Assembly (NCBI GenBank): GCA_048938385.1
Contig: JBHLMG010000027.1
Coordinates: 1-28,967, forward strand
Reading direction: 5' to 3'
Length of the DNA stretch: 28,967 bases
Origin: Promethearchaeota archaeon
GTDB lineage: Archaea; Asgardarchaeota; Hermodarchaeia; Hermodarchaeales; Hermodarchaeaceae
Part shown: positions 1 to 9,117 of the stretch, one piece after another
Numbering within the stretch: position 1 is the stretch's first letter
How the letters are laid out: each line of letters starts with the position of its first letter
Notes under the pieces: model-generated
What the model was told of the DNA's origin: nothing
Seen by the model: the letters and a program-made list of their open reading frames with translations, nothing else
Databases searched by the model: none
Program-made: the position numbers and the translations under genes

Positions 1-851
1 AAGATGATGCTGGGGGCGTTCTTTTCGGCTTCCTCGAAGATTTGGCGGAGGCGTTTTTCGGATTCGCCGTAGAATTTACTCATGATTTCTGGCCCATTGA
101 TTGAAATGAAGTGTGCTTCAGATTCATTAGCTACTGCTTGAGCTAGAAGCGTTTTTCCACAGCCTGGTGGACCAAAGAGGAGAACGCCTTTAGGTGGTGT
201 GATGCCTAGTCGGGCAAATAATTCGGGGTGTTTGAGGGGGAGTTCCACCATTTCACGAATGCGTTGAATTTCATCGTCGAGACCCCCAATTTCTTCGTAG
301 GTGATGTAGGGAACTCCGATTTCGAGTTCTTTGGGTGGTTCGCTTAAAATTGTGAGCTGAGTGTTTAGGGCTATGAGTATAACACCCGTGGGTCGTGACC
401 GACGAACAATGAAGCGGACAGGGCGTCCTAGGATTGAGACATGTACAGTGTCATCTTTTACCACAGGACAGTTGAGGAGTTTTTGTTTGACAAAATCATC
501 GAAATCCTTAACGGGGAATTTCATTTCCATCGGAGCTAATACGACAGAAAGAGCAGGGCGTTCTTGGACCTGGTAGACTTCAAGGAGCTCTTCTAAACTC
601 ACGCCGGCATTTCGTCGCATTCGACCATCCATGCGGATGATGCTTTGCCCTTCGTCTTGGGGATAGGCAGGCCAGACGATGCCAGCGGTTTCCTTTCGTC
701 CCTTGATACCCAAGATGTCACCTGTTTGGACTCCGAGCTTTTCCATCGTTTGAGAATCGATACGAATGATGAAGCGCCCAGCGTCCCGTTCGTGAGCTTT
801 CTTCACGCGAAGGGTGCTTGTTTTTCCTTTAGGAGGTTGATCTTCTGCCAC
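1..851 (-). CDS. cdc48: CDC48/VCP (p97) family AAA+ ATPase, N-terminal part; runs off the window start
   Basis: Manual minus-strand translation from GTG at 851: MAEDQPPKGKTSTLRVKKAHERDAGRFIIRID...; contains ITYEEIGGL, ELPLKHPELFARLGITPPKGVLLFGPPGCGKTLLA (Walker A) and INGPEIMSKFYGESEKRLRQIFEEA. Not in the ORF track because it has no stop inside the window. Confidence 0.96.
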   Translation of the reverse strand, partial: MAEDQPPKGKTSTLRVKKAHERDAGRFIIRIDSQTMEKLGVQTGDILGIKGRKETAGIVWPAYPQDEGQSIIRMDGRMRRNAGVSLEELLEVYQVQERPALSVVLAPMEMKFPVKDFDDFVKQKLLNCPVVKDDTVHVSILGRPVRFIVRRSRPTGVILIALNTQLTILSEPPKELEIGVPYITYEEIGGLDDEIQRIREMVELPLKHPELFARLGITPPKGVLLFGPPGCGKTLLAQAVANESEAHFISINGPEIMSKFYGESEKRLRQIFEEAEKNAPSII

Positions 852-933
852 TGTTGTTCTCCAGTTAATGCATTGGTGCAAAGGCATAAAAAATTGTCAG
901 AACCCTCAAGCTGAAACCAAAAATCGTGCGTAA

Positions 934-1200
934 CTAGAGGAGACTGACCGCTTCGATTTCAAGTTCGCTTACACCAGGAACTTTTTTGACGATTTCTTCA
1001 ACTGCAGTGGTTCCTCCAGCTTCATCATCTACAATGAAACGGAGGCGAAGCGCATACAATGGACCGAACACAGGAACTTCTTCCCAAGCTTCAATGTGGG
1101 CCTTACCTTGGAGGGCTTGGGTGATTTCGCCCCGCAATTCGTTAATTGGTGCATTCGCATCTTCAGGCATGATTTTCATGATAGCGAGAACTTTTCCCAT
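934..1200 (-). CDS. ef1b: Archaeal translation elongation factor 1-beta
   Basis: MGKVLAIMKIMPED...EEVPVFGPLYAL...GGTTAVEE...VPGVSELEIEAVSLL matches the aEF-1beta pattern. Start taken at ATG 1200 (track gives 1209). Confidence 0.92.
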   Translation of the reverse strand: MGKVLAIMKIMPEDANAPINELRGEITQALQGKAHIEAWEEVPVFGPLYALRLRFIVDDEAGGTTAVEEIVKKVPGVSELEIEAVSLL

Positions 1201-1243
1201 ATCGTGCATCTCTTAGTGGTTGTCTTAGTTAATCAGGGCAATC

Positions 1244-1420
1244 CTAGGGTCCTTGGAAGTTACACGCAGGACAGGTGTAGGTATTCGTAAACTCTCGGCA
1301 CTTTTGGCATCGGTGAAGCGTGTAATTTCCACAAGCAGGACAAGTGAATTGAACTGAGTTTTCATGTGGGGTAATAAGTCCGCCACAGCAGGAACAGAAG
1401 GATTTCTTGGATTCAGCCAT
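1244..1420 (-). CDS. HVO_2753/DUF1610-type double zinc-finger small protein (COG2888)
   Basis: Four CxxC motifs (CSCC, CPAC, CQKC, CPAC), C-terminal FQGP, conserved position upstream of aEF-1beta. Start 1420 or 1435. Confidence 0.9.
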   Translation of the reverse strand: MAESKKSFCSCCGGLITPHENSVQFTCPACGNYTLHRCQKCREFTNTYTCPACNFQGP

Positions 1421-1495
1421 GTGTTTCGCCTTCATTACACACGATGAGGAACAGAAGGATAGACCTAGGCTTCTTAAGTTTTGTTCACTATCACA

Positions 1496-2041
1496 CTATG
1501 TGGCATTGAGGGATTCTTTGTCTATTGCGCGCCGTTTGACAGGAGATCCGCAGACCGGACAAGGTTCGTCTTTAGTCATCATAGCGTCTTGATAACCACA
1601 GGCTTTGCAATAGATTTCCCACCGAATTATCTCTCGGATTCCGCGCTGGGTCACGCTTTTGATGTCTAAGCCGAGTTGCTTTGCTACATTTTGTATGGAG
1701 TAATCATCAGTGACCACTATTGGGTGAAAGGTTTGGTCTCGTAAATCGAGGGCGAGAGCAAGGAGGTGCTGATCAGGTTCGGAGAGGAACGAGAGGTCAC
1801 CAAGTTGTGAAGCCGCTTTACGGACTCGTTGTAAGGCCGTGGTGGTTGGTGTGATGACTTGGAGTTTTTGGGTAGCGATGAGCAGATCGACGGATTCTTT
1901 AAGACCCTTTTCTCGCATTTCCTTTTCGAGGAGAGGTGTGGTGGCTAGTCGGACATCTTCAGCTGTATATTGAATTCGGTGAATGATTGCAGAGGTGTCA
2001 ATGACAAAAATTTCTGGTTTTTTTGGGGGCAGCGTTAACAC
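1496..2041 (-). CDS. nob1: Nob1 family rRNA-processing endonuclease (PIN + Zn ribbon)
   Basis: FVIDTSAII, LSEPDQHLLALA, VVTDDYSIQNVA and C-terminal CKACG...CPVCGS. Confidence 0.92.
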   Translation of the reverse strand: MLTLPPKKPEIFVIDTSAIIHRIQYTAEDVRLATTPLLEKEMREKGLKESVDLLIATQKLQVITPTTTALQRVRKAASQLGDLSFLSEPDQHLLALALDLRDQTFHPIVVTDDYSIQNVAKQLGLDIKSVTQRGIREIIRWEIYCKACGYQDAMMTKDEPCPVCGSPVKRRAIDKESLNAT

Positions 2042-2859
2042 CCTAGGAGTTTCTGTTGTAAACGAGTGTAGAATTGTGTGGGCCGGCGAAGAATTCGAAG
2101 AGGCTGGTCGATTTTAGCAACTACGAAGAGGTCAGGTGGGGCAAAATCGGTGATGGTGTCCCCATCACCGTAGAGAGTTCCTGCCTTATCGAGTTGCACT
2201 TGGATTTCAATCTGGTTTGGAACAACTAGGGAGCGAAAGCTGTTACGAAGAGGCGCGGCTGCAATTAGGAGTACTGCATCAAGTTGAAGATCAAGAATGG
2301 GCCCTCCCAGTGAGAGCGCGTGCCCTGTGGACCCCATAGGGGTTGCAATGACGAAGCCATCGGCGCGAAAATCAAACCGTGCAGCCTCTCCGAGATGAAC
2401 TCGGATGAGAACAGGACGCCCTTTCTCTGCAGGAAAGAACGCCACCTCATTTACCACATTGGCGAGTCGTCTTTTCTTCGACCAGACACCTAACCGCGGT
2501 GTTTCTTGAACAGCTAATTCTCCACCTAGCACTTGATTGAGGAGGTTGTTGACTTCATCAGCTTCACATTCTGAGAGGAACCCAAAGGATTCGAGGTTGA
2601 CAGGGAGAATAGGAACAGTGGAAGGTAGATGGCGTGCTGCATACAGAGTGGTTCCGTCTCCACCGAGGGTGATCACGAAATCTGCTTTCATTTCGCTAAT
2701 TGGACAAGTAAGTTCAGCGAGTTTCAGCGCCTTGGCTAAATGCGGGGGAAGGAGAATTTTAAGCTTCATCTCTTCAAGGTGCTTGATAATTTGACGAGCT
2801 GCTTGGAGTCCCGCTTCAAAATCTGGACGGATGAGAAGGCCCACCGTTTTCATGAGCAT
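2035..2859 (-). CDS. nadK: NAD kinase
   Basis: TLGGDGT, VNE, ADGFVIATPMGSTGHALSLGGP motifs. Confidence 0.9.
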   Translation of the reverse strand: MLMKTVGLLIRPDFEAGLQAARQIIKHLEEMKLKILLPPHLAKALKLAELTCPISEMKADFVITLGGDGTTLYAARHLPSTVPILPVNLESFGFLSECEADEVNNLLNQVLGGELAVQETPRLGVWSKKRRLANVVNEVAFFPAEKGRPVLIRVHLGEAARFDFRADGFVIATPMGSTGHALSLGGPILDLQLDAVLLIAAAPLRNSFRSLVVPNQIEIQVQLDKAGTLYGDGDTITDFAPPDLFVVAKIDQPLRILRRPTQFYTRLQQKLLGC

Positions 2860-2915
2860 TTACCTCCATAGTGCGTCAAGGATTCCTCCTATTTGGGGGT
2901 TTTGTTCGTTAGCCT

Positions 2916-2926
2916 AAAAGTTTAAG
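2916..2926 (+). promoter_or_regulatory. Putative BRE-TATA for the aIF5A-DHS unit
   Basis: AAAAG-TTTAAG about 40 nt upstream of ATG 2963, in a divergent intergenic region. Confidence 0.5.
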
Positions 2927-2962
2927 TGGCAGCCTTTAATGTAATCGCGGCGGTGGCGCACA

Positions 2963-3367
2963 ATGTCGCATAAAGTTGTCGAAGCTGGTAGCCTGAAAGT
3001 TGGTCGGTATATGGTAATTGAAGGCGAAGCGTACAGAGTCGTAAATATTGAGAAGAGCAAATCGGGCAAACACGGTCATGCAAAAGCCCGAATTACCGCT
3101 GTTGGGGTGTTCGACGGCTCCAAAAAGAGCGTCGTAATGCCTACAGATCAAAAAGTGGACTCGCCGGTCATCGATAAACGCGTTGCACAAGTCAACTACA
3201 TTCGAGAAGGTACACCTCCAGTATTAGGACTCATGGATATGGAAAGCTATGAGAGCTTTGAAGAAGCCATGCCCAGCGAAGAGGACTTTGAAGGAACCCT
3301 CGAACAGGGCATTCAGCTGGAATACTGGATCGTCCTTGGACGCCGTAAGTTAATTCGACGACGATAG
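2963..3367 (+). CDS. eif5a: Translation factor aIF-5A
   Basis: Hypusine loop SKSGKHGHAK, SPVIDKRVAQV, LMDMESYESFE. Confidence 0.96.
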   Translation: MSHKVVEAGSLKVGRYMVIEGEAYRVVNIEKSKSGKHGHAKARITAVGVFDGSKKSVVMPTDQKVDSPVIDKRVAQVNYIREGTPPVLGLMDMESYESFEEAMPSEEDFEGTLEQGIQLEYWIVLGRRKLIRRR

Positions 3368-3411
3368 CCACAGATACGCCACTTCTACTAAGCGAATTTG
3401 GTTTTTCCACG

Positions 3412-4353
3412 ATGGCCCGTCGTTATGTTAAACAAATGCGAATATCAAAAGGAATGACCCTTGCAGAGCTAGTAAAGGAGTACAAACAAGCGGGAGTGTT
3501 GGGGGCAGGAAGAGTAGCACGGGCTGTTGATATCATCCGTTCACTCTTCGAGTCCCCCGAGTATTTGGTGTTCCTAGCGATGGCAGGTCCCATGGTTCCG
3601 GGTGGTTTACGAGAGATCATCGCTGATCTGGTTCGAACGGGCCGAGTACATGCGATTGTTACTAGTGGCGCGAACATCGTTCACGATGTCCTTGAAGCCA
3701 TTGGAGGACACCATGTAAAAGGTTCATTGAAAGCAGATGACCGAAAGCTCGCAAAACAGCAATTAGGACGCGCGGGCGATGTTTACATCGAAACCGCAGG
3801 ATTCGAAAAGTTCGAAACCACTATACGATCGATCCTTGAACAGATTCCAGAGGCAATCCGCGTTGAAGGTTTATCACCATCGGAACTGATTGGCTACATC
3901 GGGGAACAGGTTAAGGATGAACATTCCATCGTACACCAGGCTCGACTCCAAAATGTGCCCATCTTTTGCCCCGGAATATTAGATTCCATGTTGGGGTTAC
4001 ATATCGCCCTCTATAGCCAAATAAAACCCTTGAAACTCAATGGACTAAAGGACATGGAAATTTTGTATGATTGCGTTCATGAGGCGAAGCGGATAGGAGC
4101 GATCATTTTAGGTGGTGGACTCCCCAAACACTTTACATTAGGTGCAAACATCCTCCGTGGTGGACTCGATAGTGCCATCCAGATTACCACGGCTCGAGAG
4201 GAGGATGGGAGTTTGAGTGGAGCCAAACTACAAGAAGGAATTTCTTGGGGGAAAGTGAAAGCGACGGCGGTTTTTGAAACGGTGATTGGCGATGCGACGG
4301 TGCTGTTTCCGTTGTTAATTGGCGCCGTGTTAGAGCAGATGGATTCCGATTAG
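3412..4353 (+). CDS. dys: Deoxyhypusine synthase
   Basis: IVTSGANIVHD, GGGLPKH, DGSLSGAKLQEGISWGK (catalytic Lys), GDATVLFP. Confidence 0.93.
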   Translation: MARRYVKQMRISKGMTLAELVKEYKQAGVLGAGRVARAVDIIRSLFESPEYLVFLAMAGPMVPGGLREIIADLVRTGRVHAIVTSGANIVHDVLEAIGGHHVKGSLKADDRKLAKQQLGRAGDVYIETAGFEKFETTIRSILEQIPEAIRVEGLSPSELIGYIGEQVKDEHSIVHQARLQNVPIFCPGILDSMLGLHIALYSQIKPLKLNGLKDMEILYDCVHEAKRIGAIILGGGLPKHFTLGANILRGGLDSAIQITTAREEDGSLSGAKLQEGISWGKVKATAVFETVIGDATVLFPLLIGAVLEQMDSD

Positions 4354-4412
4354 AAAGAATTAAGATGCTGTGTTAAGTTATCCGATGAAGAAGATTCGAG
4401 TAGGCAACCATC

Positions 4413-5774
4413 ATGGTCCTTGGGAAACTAGGTTCGGCGCTCAACCAAGCTGTACGGAAGCTGTTACGCTCATCTATCGTAGATGAGAAGGCGGTCAAAG
4501 AGCTGGTACAGGATTTGCAGCGCGCCCTCTTACAAGCGGATGTTAATGTGCATCTGGTCATGGAGCTAACCAGCCGGATTCAGGAACGCTCTTTGAAAGA
4601 AGCGATGGCTCCTGGTATTTCTCGGCGTGAATATGTCATCAAGGTTGTCAACGAAGAGCTCACTGCCATTCTCGGATCCAAAACTGTTCCACTCACCATG
4701 CAACCAACCAAATCCAACACCTATCTTGTTGTTGGTATCCAAGGTAGCGGAAAAACCACAAATGTTGTTAAGCTAGCCAAGCTCCTCAAGAGAGAAGGAC
4801 ACAGCGTTGGCGTTGTAGCAGCGGATACCTTCCGTCCTGGCGCGTATGACCAATTAAAGCAGCTAGCAGAACGCGCTGAAGTTCCCTGTTTCGGCGACCC
4901 CAAGGAGCAGGACGCCATTAAAATCGCTAAGAAGGGCGTAAAACACTTTGAATCTGAAAAAACCCAAGTAATTTTGGTAGATACCGCTGGGCGCCACAAG
5001 GAGGAAGAAGGGCTTATCCGCGAAATGAAGCAGATCGCCAAAGCTGTCAATCCGAATGAAATTATCCTCGTTGTCGATGGCACTCTCGGACAACAGGCAT
5101 CAAGCCAAGCAGCCGCATTTAATGCCGCCACACCTATCGGCTCCATTATCGTTACAAAGCTTGACGGATCAGCCCGTGGAGGTGGTGCACTTTCTGCTGT
5201 TGCAGCTACGGGTGCCCCCATCAAGTACATTGGAACTGGTGAAAAAGTCAACGACCTGGAAAAATTCCAGCCCACGAAGTTTGTTGGTCAACTCTTAGGA
5301 ATGGCCGACTTTGAATCACTTCTTAAGAAAGTCCAAGAAGCCGAAGCAATGCCTGACAAAGATCTTGCCAAAGCCCTTCTCTCCGGTAAGTTTACCCTGA
5401 AGGATATGATGGTCCAAATGGAGGCCATGGGCAATGTGGGTTCAATTGGTAAGATATTGAGTATGTTGGGACTGGGCTATAAGGTTCCAGAAGAATTGCA
5501 AGAAGTTGCAGCGGAGAACATTGAGAAATGGAAAGTCATCATGAAGTCTATGACTCAAGATGAGTTGGAAAATCCCAAGGTAATTCGAAGCTCACGGATT
5601 CAACGCATAGCCCGAGGTTCAGGAACCCAACAAAAAGATGTAAAGGAACTGCTCAAGCAGTACCAGCAATCACGCAAATTCATCAAACAGATTCGGAAAC
5701 GACGTGGCGGAATGCGGATTCCAGGAATGCCAGGAGCGCTGGGAGACCAAAAACTACCCCGAGGCTCGCGCTAA
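4413..5774 (+). CDS. srp54: Signal recognition particle 54 kDa protein
   Basis: GIQGSGKTT, DTFRPGA, DTAGRH, TKLDGSARGGGALS, and M-domain SRIQRIARGSG. Confidence 0.98.
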   Translation: MVLGKLGSALNQAVRKLLRSSIVDEKAVKELVQDLQRALLQADVNVHLVMELTSRIQERSLKEAMAPGISRREYVIKVVNEELTAILGSKTVPLTMQPTKSNTYLVVGIQGSGKTTNVVKLAKLLKREGHSVGVVAADTFRPGAYDQLKQLAERAEVPCFGDPKEQDAIKIAKKGVKHFESEKTQVILVDTAGRHKEEEGLIREMKQIAKAVNPNEIILVVDGTLGQQASSQAAAFNAATPIGSIIVTKLDGSARGGGALSAVAATGAPIKYIGTGEKVNDLEKFQPTKFVGQLLGMADFESLLKKVQEAEAMPDKDLAKALLSGKFTLKDMMVQMEAMGNVGSIGKILSMLGLGYKVPEELQEVAAENIEKWKVIMKSMTQDELENPKVIRSSRIQRIARGSGTQQKDVKELLKQYQQSRKFIKQIRKRRGGMRIPGMPGALGDQKLPRGSR

Positions 5775-6359
5775 TTGTCCCTTTTACACATCGTTTTAGA
5801 TTCCCCTGCAACTTTTGAGGTCACCAAAACTGAACTAGATAATGGAATGGTTTCCGAGCCCTATGTTGCAATTGCGCATTGCATCCGCGCAGGCTTGTGC
5901 ATATCACACGCCCTCCGCAACTGGGTACGAATTCACATCGGGTTTGACTATTTAGGTCCCCAAACCCTGACTTTGGACCCGACTACGATTCGTTTTCTGG
6001 GAACAGATGAGCGGTCTATTCTGTATATAATCCTACGGGGACAGAGAGCAAAATGGGATAGAAAAACTAAGGTTCCTCACGGAGTGACGCTCTCCGATGT
6101 AGCCATACAAGACCTACTGCAGAGCCTTCTCACCGAGGAACCGCTCTTCTTAATCCCTGGGACTCAATCGACTTGGAAAGAACAGCTTGCCCCGGGGCAA
6201 GCTGTAGTCATGTATTGTCCTCTCTTCAATAACTGGGATCAAGGATGGTCGAACGCACATTCTCCTAAGACTTTCCGAAGACATGCTCGCTGTGACTTGT
6301 CAATCCTTGAAGTAGTACATACACTCGATAGCACGCGTATAGGGATGCAGAAAGACTGA
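5775..6359 (+). CDS. Divergent TrmY-like protein (SPOUT, tRNA pseudouridine-54 N1-methyltransferase homolog)
   Basis: CIRAGLCISHALRNWV and LGTDERSI resemble the TrmY SHxxRxDV and PDERxI motifs; sits between srp54 and pus10; TTG start abuts the srp54 stop. C-terminal half poorly conserved. Confidence 0.65.
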   Translation: MSLLHIVLDSPATFEVTKTELDNGMVSEPYVAIAHCIRAGLCISHALRNWVRIHIGFDYLGPQTLTLDPTTIRFLGTDERSILYIILRGQRAKWDRKTKVPHGVTLSDVAIQDLLQSLLTEEPLFLIPGTQSTWKEQLAPGQAVVMYCPLFNNWDQGWSNAHSPKTFRRHARCDLSILEVVHTLDSTRIGMQKD

Positions 6360-6386
6360 AAAAGAAACAGAGTTGTCGTTCACTCA

Positions 6387-7742
6387 ATGTCCTTGGGAAA
6401 AATGGTTACACAAGCGCGGCGTATGCTTCGACGCCATAGTATTTGCGATTGGTGCCTAGGTAGGCAATTTGCTATGCAAGGATATGGCCTTACGAATAGG
6501 GACCGAGGGCGAGCGCTAAAAACGCTCATGTTAATGGCAGGGACAAAAACCTATGAGAAGAACCCCACACGCGGAACGACCCTCATCCGCCGCCTTGCTG
6601 AAAAGGGACAGTTTCAGCCTGCCCGGGATTTCTTAGTAAAAGAAGGCGTCACCGACATCGCATCAGTTCAAAGCTGTGACATTTGTCAAGGCGTAATGGA
6701 TCAGCTAGCAAAGGCCGCGAAAGCAGTAATTCAAACCTTGAAAGGGTGGGAGTTTAGTTCGATTCTGATTGGCACACGAATCGATCCGCGTTTCATCGAA
6801 AAAGAAGAACAACTGCGCAGTCAATTAGAACTCGTTACAGGAGAACCGCTCAAAGCCGAACTAAACCGTGAAATAGGTAAGCTAGTAACAGCTCAGCTAG
6901 ATGTTCCCGTCGCTTTCGACTCCCCGGATATCGTGGCAATCGTCCACATACCAGGTTATCAAGTCGAGCTTGAAGTGCACTCGCTATTCATCTACGGACG
7001 CTACCAAAAGCTAGCACGAGGCATCCCTCAAACGCATTGGCCTTGTAGAGACTGTGGCGGAGAAGGGTGTTCACGCTGTAATAACACAGGAAAAATGTAT
7101 TCTGAATCCGTTGAAGAATTGATTGCTCCAGCGCTTCTAGAACAGACTCAAGGTCAAGACACGAAGTTTCATGGTGCTGGGCGTGAGGATGTCGATGCTC
7201 TGATGTTAGGGTCCGGACGCCCCTTCGTCCTTGAAATCCTCAACCCCCGTCGACGCTCTATCGACTTGGCGAAAGCTAAAACCCGAATCAACAAAATGGG
7301 AAAGAAGAAAGTCGTGATTGATAATTTACGCTTAGCCAACAAAGATGTTGTAAAACAATTGAAAGGGAGCGCCACCACATCCAAAAAGGTTTATAAGGCA
7401 ATCATCCAAGTGGAGACGCCCATCCGCCAAGAAACTCTTGATGCGCTGAATAGCCTACCGATGCCTTTAACGGTTAATCAACGGACGCCTTACCGTGTAA
7501 CTCATCGTCGGGCTGATCGTGTTCGGAAAAAACAGGTTCACGCCCTTACTGCCGTTCTGAAGGATGCAAGAAACTTCGAGTTAACAATAACCTGCCAAGG
7601 CGGCTTGTATGTCAAAGAGTTTATATCAGGTGATGAGGGACGCACTGTACCAAGCGTTTCAGAAATCTTGGGTATCCTCGCTGTCTGTCGGCAGCTTGAT
7701 GTCCTAGATGTTGAAATCGCGGAGGAAGCGCTACCATGGTAA
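6387..7742 (+). CDS. pus10: tRNA pseudouridine 54/55 synthase Pus10
   Basis: CDWCLGRQFA Zn site, GRYQKLARGIPQTHW, catalytic FHGAGREDVDALMLGSGRPF, QGGLYVKEFISGD. Confidence 0.97.
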   Translation: MSLGKMVTQARRMLRRHSICDWCLGRQFAMQGYGLTNRDRGRALKTLMLMAGTKTYEKNPTRGTTLIRRLAEKGQFQPARDFLVKEGVTDIASVQSCDICQGVMDQLAKAAKAVIQTLKGWEFSSILIGTRIDPRFIEKEEQLRSQLELVTGEPLKAELNREIGKLVTAQLDVPVAFDSPDIVAIVHIPGYQVELEVHSLFIYGRYQKLARGIPQTHWPCRDCGGEGCSRCNNTGKMYSESVEELIAPALLEQTQGQDTKFHGAGREDVDALMLGSGRPFVLEILNPRRRSIDLAKAKTRINKMGKKKVVIDNLRLANKDVVKQLKGSATTSKKVYKAIIQVETPIRQETLDALNSLPMPLTVNQRTPYRVTHRRADRVRKKQVHALTAVLKDARNFELTITCQGGLYVKEFISGDEGRTVPSVSEILGILAVCRQLDVLDVEIAEEALPW

Positions 7743-8041
7743 AACGATCTCACGGATACCGTGTTGGTACCCGGAAATTGATGACGAAAAAGGTTCGTCA
7801 ACGAGGTATGCCTAGTCTAGGCAAGCTACTGCAAAGTTATGAGGAAGGCGATCGTGTCGACATCCTGATTGACTCTGCGATCCATGGTGGTCAACCCCAT
7901 CGACGATATCACGGTCGTGTGGGCATCATCCGAGGGCGACGCGGACGAGCGTATGAAGTCGAAACCACCTTGGGAAAGAAAACCAAGCATCTGATTATTC
8001 GCCCTGAGCATTTACGCCCTAGTGGTGATCAATCAACATAA
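7736..8041 (+). CDS. rpl21e: 50S ribosomal protein L21e
   Basis: MVKRSHGYRVGTRK, HGGQPHRRYHGRVG, IRPEHL. Confidence 0.97.
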   Translation: MVKRSHGYRVGTRKLMTKKVRQRGMPSLGKLLQSYEEGDRVDILIDSAIHGGQPHRRYHGRVGIIRGRRGRAYEVETTLGKKTKHLIIRPEHLRPSGDQST

Positions 8042-8060
8042 TTTAGGTTGGGGAGCTGTT

Positions 8061-8417
8061 TTGGGTAAGGAAGTCATTGAATCTCAGCCACTTACACTTG
8101 CAGAAGTCAAGAGTACCTTGGCTAAGCGCGGAAAGAAAGCCGAACTGAGCTACATTCAGCGTGTTACCCTAGAACACACTATGAAGTTTTCTTCACTCTC
8201 GGCTCGTAGTTCCAGAAGCCTTGTGAAAAAATTGGTGGGAAAATACGAGATAGACGAACCCCTGGCAATTCAACTCGTCGATGTTGCTCCCACGACTATT
8301 GAGGAAATCGGCGCCTTTCTGGCTCGATCACCGCGCAATTTCACTCCTGATGAAATTGCGGATATCTCTGCACTCATAAATGAGACGCTCGCAAAACAAG
8401 CCGCCAAGAAAAAGTAG
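8061..8417 (+). CDS. rpo4: RNA polymerase subunit Rpo4 (RpoF)
   Basis: GKEVIESQPLTLAEVK, ELSYIQRVTLEHTMKFS, AIQLVDVAPTT. Likely TTG start at 8061 after a GGGAG SD (track gives 8022). Confidence 0.9.
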   Translation: MGKEVIESQPLTLAEVKSTLAKRGKKAELSYIQRVTLEHTMKFSSLSARSSRSLVKKLVGKYEIDEPLAIQLVDVAPTTIEEIGAFLARSPRNFTPDEIADISALINETLAKQAAKKK

Positions 8418-8492
8418 TGACTATATCAGGTAATGGCAAGAGAGATAAAGCCAAGCGCACCTTTTGATACACGACTTAGTTGAGGTTAAACC

Positions 8493-9092
8493 ATGACATC
8501 ACGTCCTCCCGCGAAGAAGTTCGAAGAATACGCATATGTGTTAGATCATCTGCCCCGTGGATACCCTGAGGACACCCGCCCAATTTTCAAGAAAGAACCA
8601 CTCGTCCAAGCAGTAGGTGATACCTATTTCACCTTGCTTGAGTTGGTTCCACGAAAGGGTGCTCGTTTTAACCCACATGAAGCGATTTTCATTGGACGTG
8701 ATCGTCGAGATAAAATTGACCATGTAAAGCGCCGAATTACATACGATGTATTGACTGCCAGCGCGCGCAGTGAACTCCCCTTCATTGTGGAAAAGCTCGT
8801 CGAAAAAACCGAGCAACGGTTTGTTGAATTCTTCAACAATGCCCGTCCACTCACTACCCGAATGCATAGCCTAGAACTCCTTCCTGGCATCGGTAAAAAG
8901 CTCATGTGGGATTTATTAGAAGAGCGGCGTAAAGCGCCCTTTACAAGCTTTCAAGATATCGCCGAAAGAACAGGTATTCGTGCCCCGAAGGAACTCGTCG
9001 TCAAGCGCATCATGGTCGAATTGAGCGGCGAAGACAAATACAATCTATTCACCCGGAAACCGGTCATTGAGAAGGAATCCGACCGCAGTTAA
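8493..9092 (+). CDS. DUF655 (COG1491) OB-fold/HhH putative RNA-binding protein
   Basis: EEYAYVLDHLP, FTLLELVP, FFNNARPLTTRMHSLELLPGIGKK; conserved rpo4-DUF655-ksgA order. Confidence 0.93.
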   Translation: MTSRPPAKKFEEYAYVLDHLPRGYPEDTRPIFKKEPLVQAVGDTYFTLLELVPRKGARFNPHEAIFIGRDRRDKIDHVKRRITYDVLTASARSELPFIVEKLVEKTEQRFVEFFNNARPLTTRMHSLELLPGIGKKLMWDLLEERRKAPFTSFQDIAERTGIRAPKELVVKRIMVELSGEDKYNLFTRKPVIEKESDRS

Positions 9093-9117
9093 TTAGAGGC
9101 GTAATAGCTGGATCAAA

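Noticed and set aside
361-914. Two plus-strand ORFs (71 and 89 aa)
   Set aside because: Antisense to the clear cdc48 frame.
4721-5275. 184-aa antisense ORF, and similar ones inside DRG, eno, sucC, sucD and the NusA-like gene
   Set aside because: Shadow frames of conserved genes with no independent motifs or start signals.
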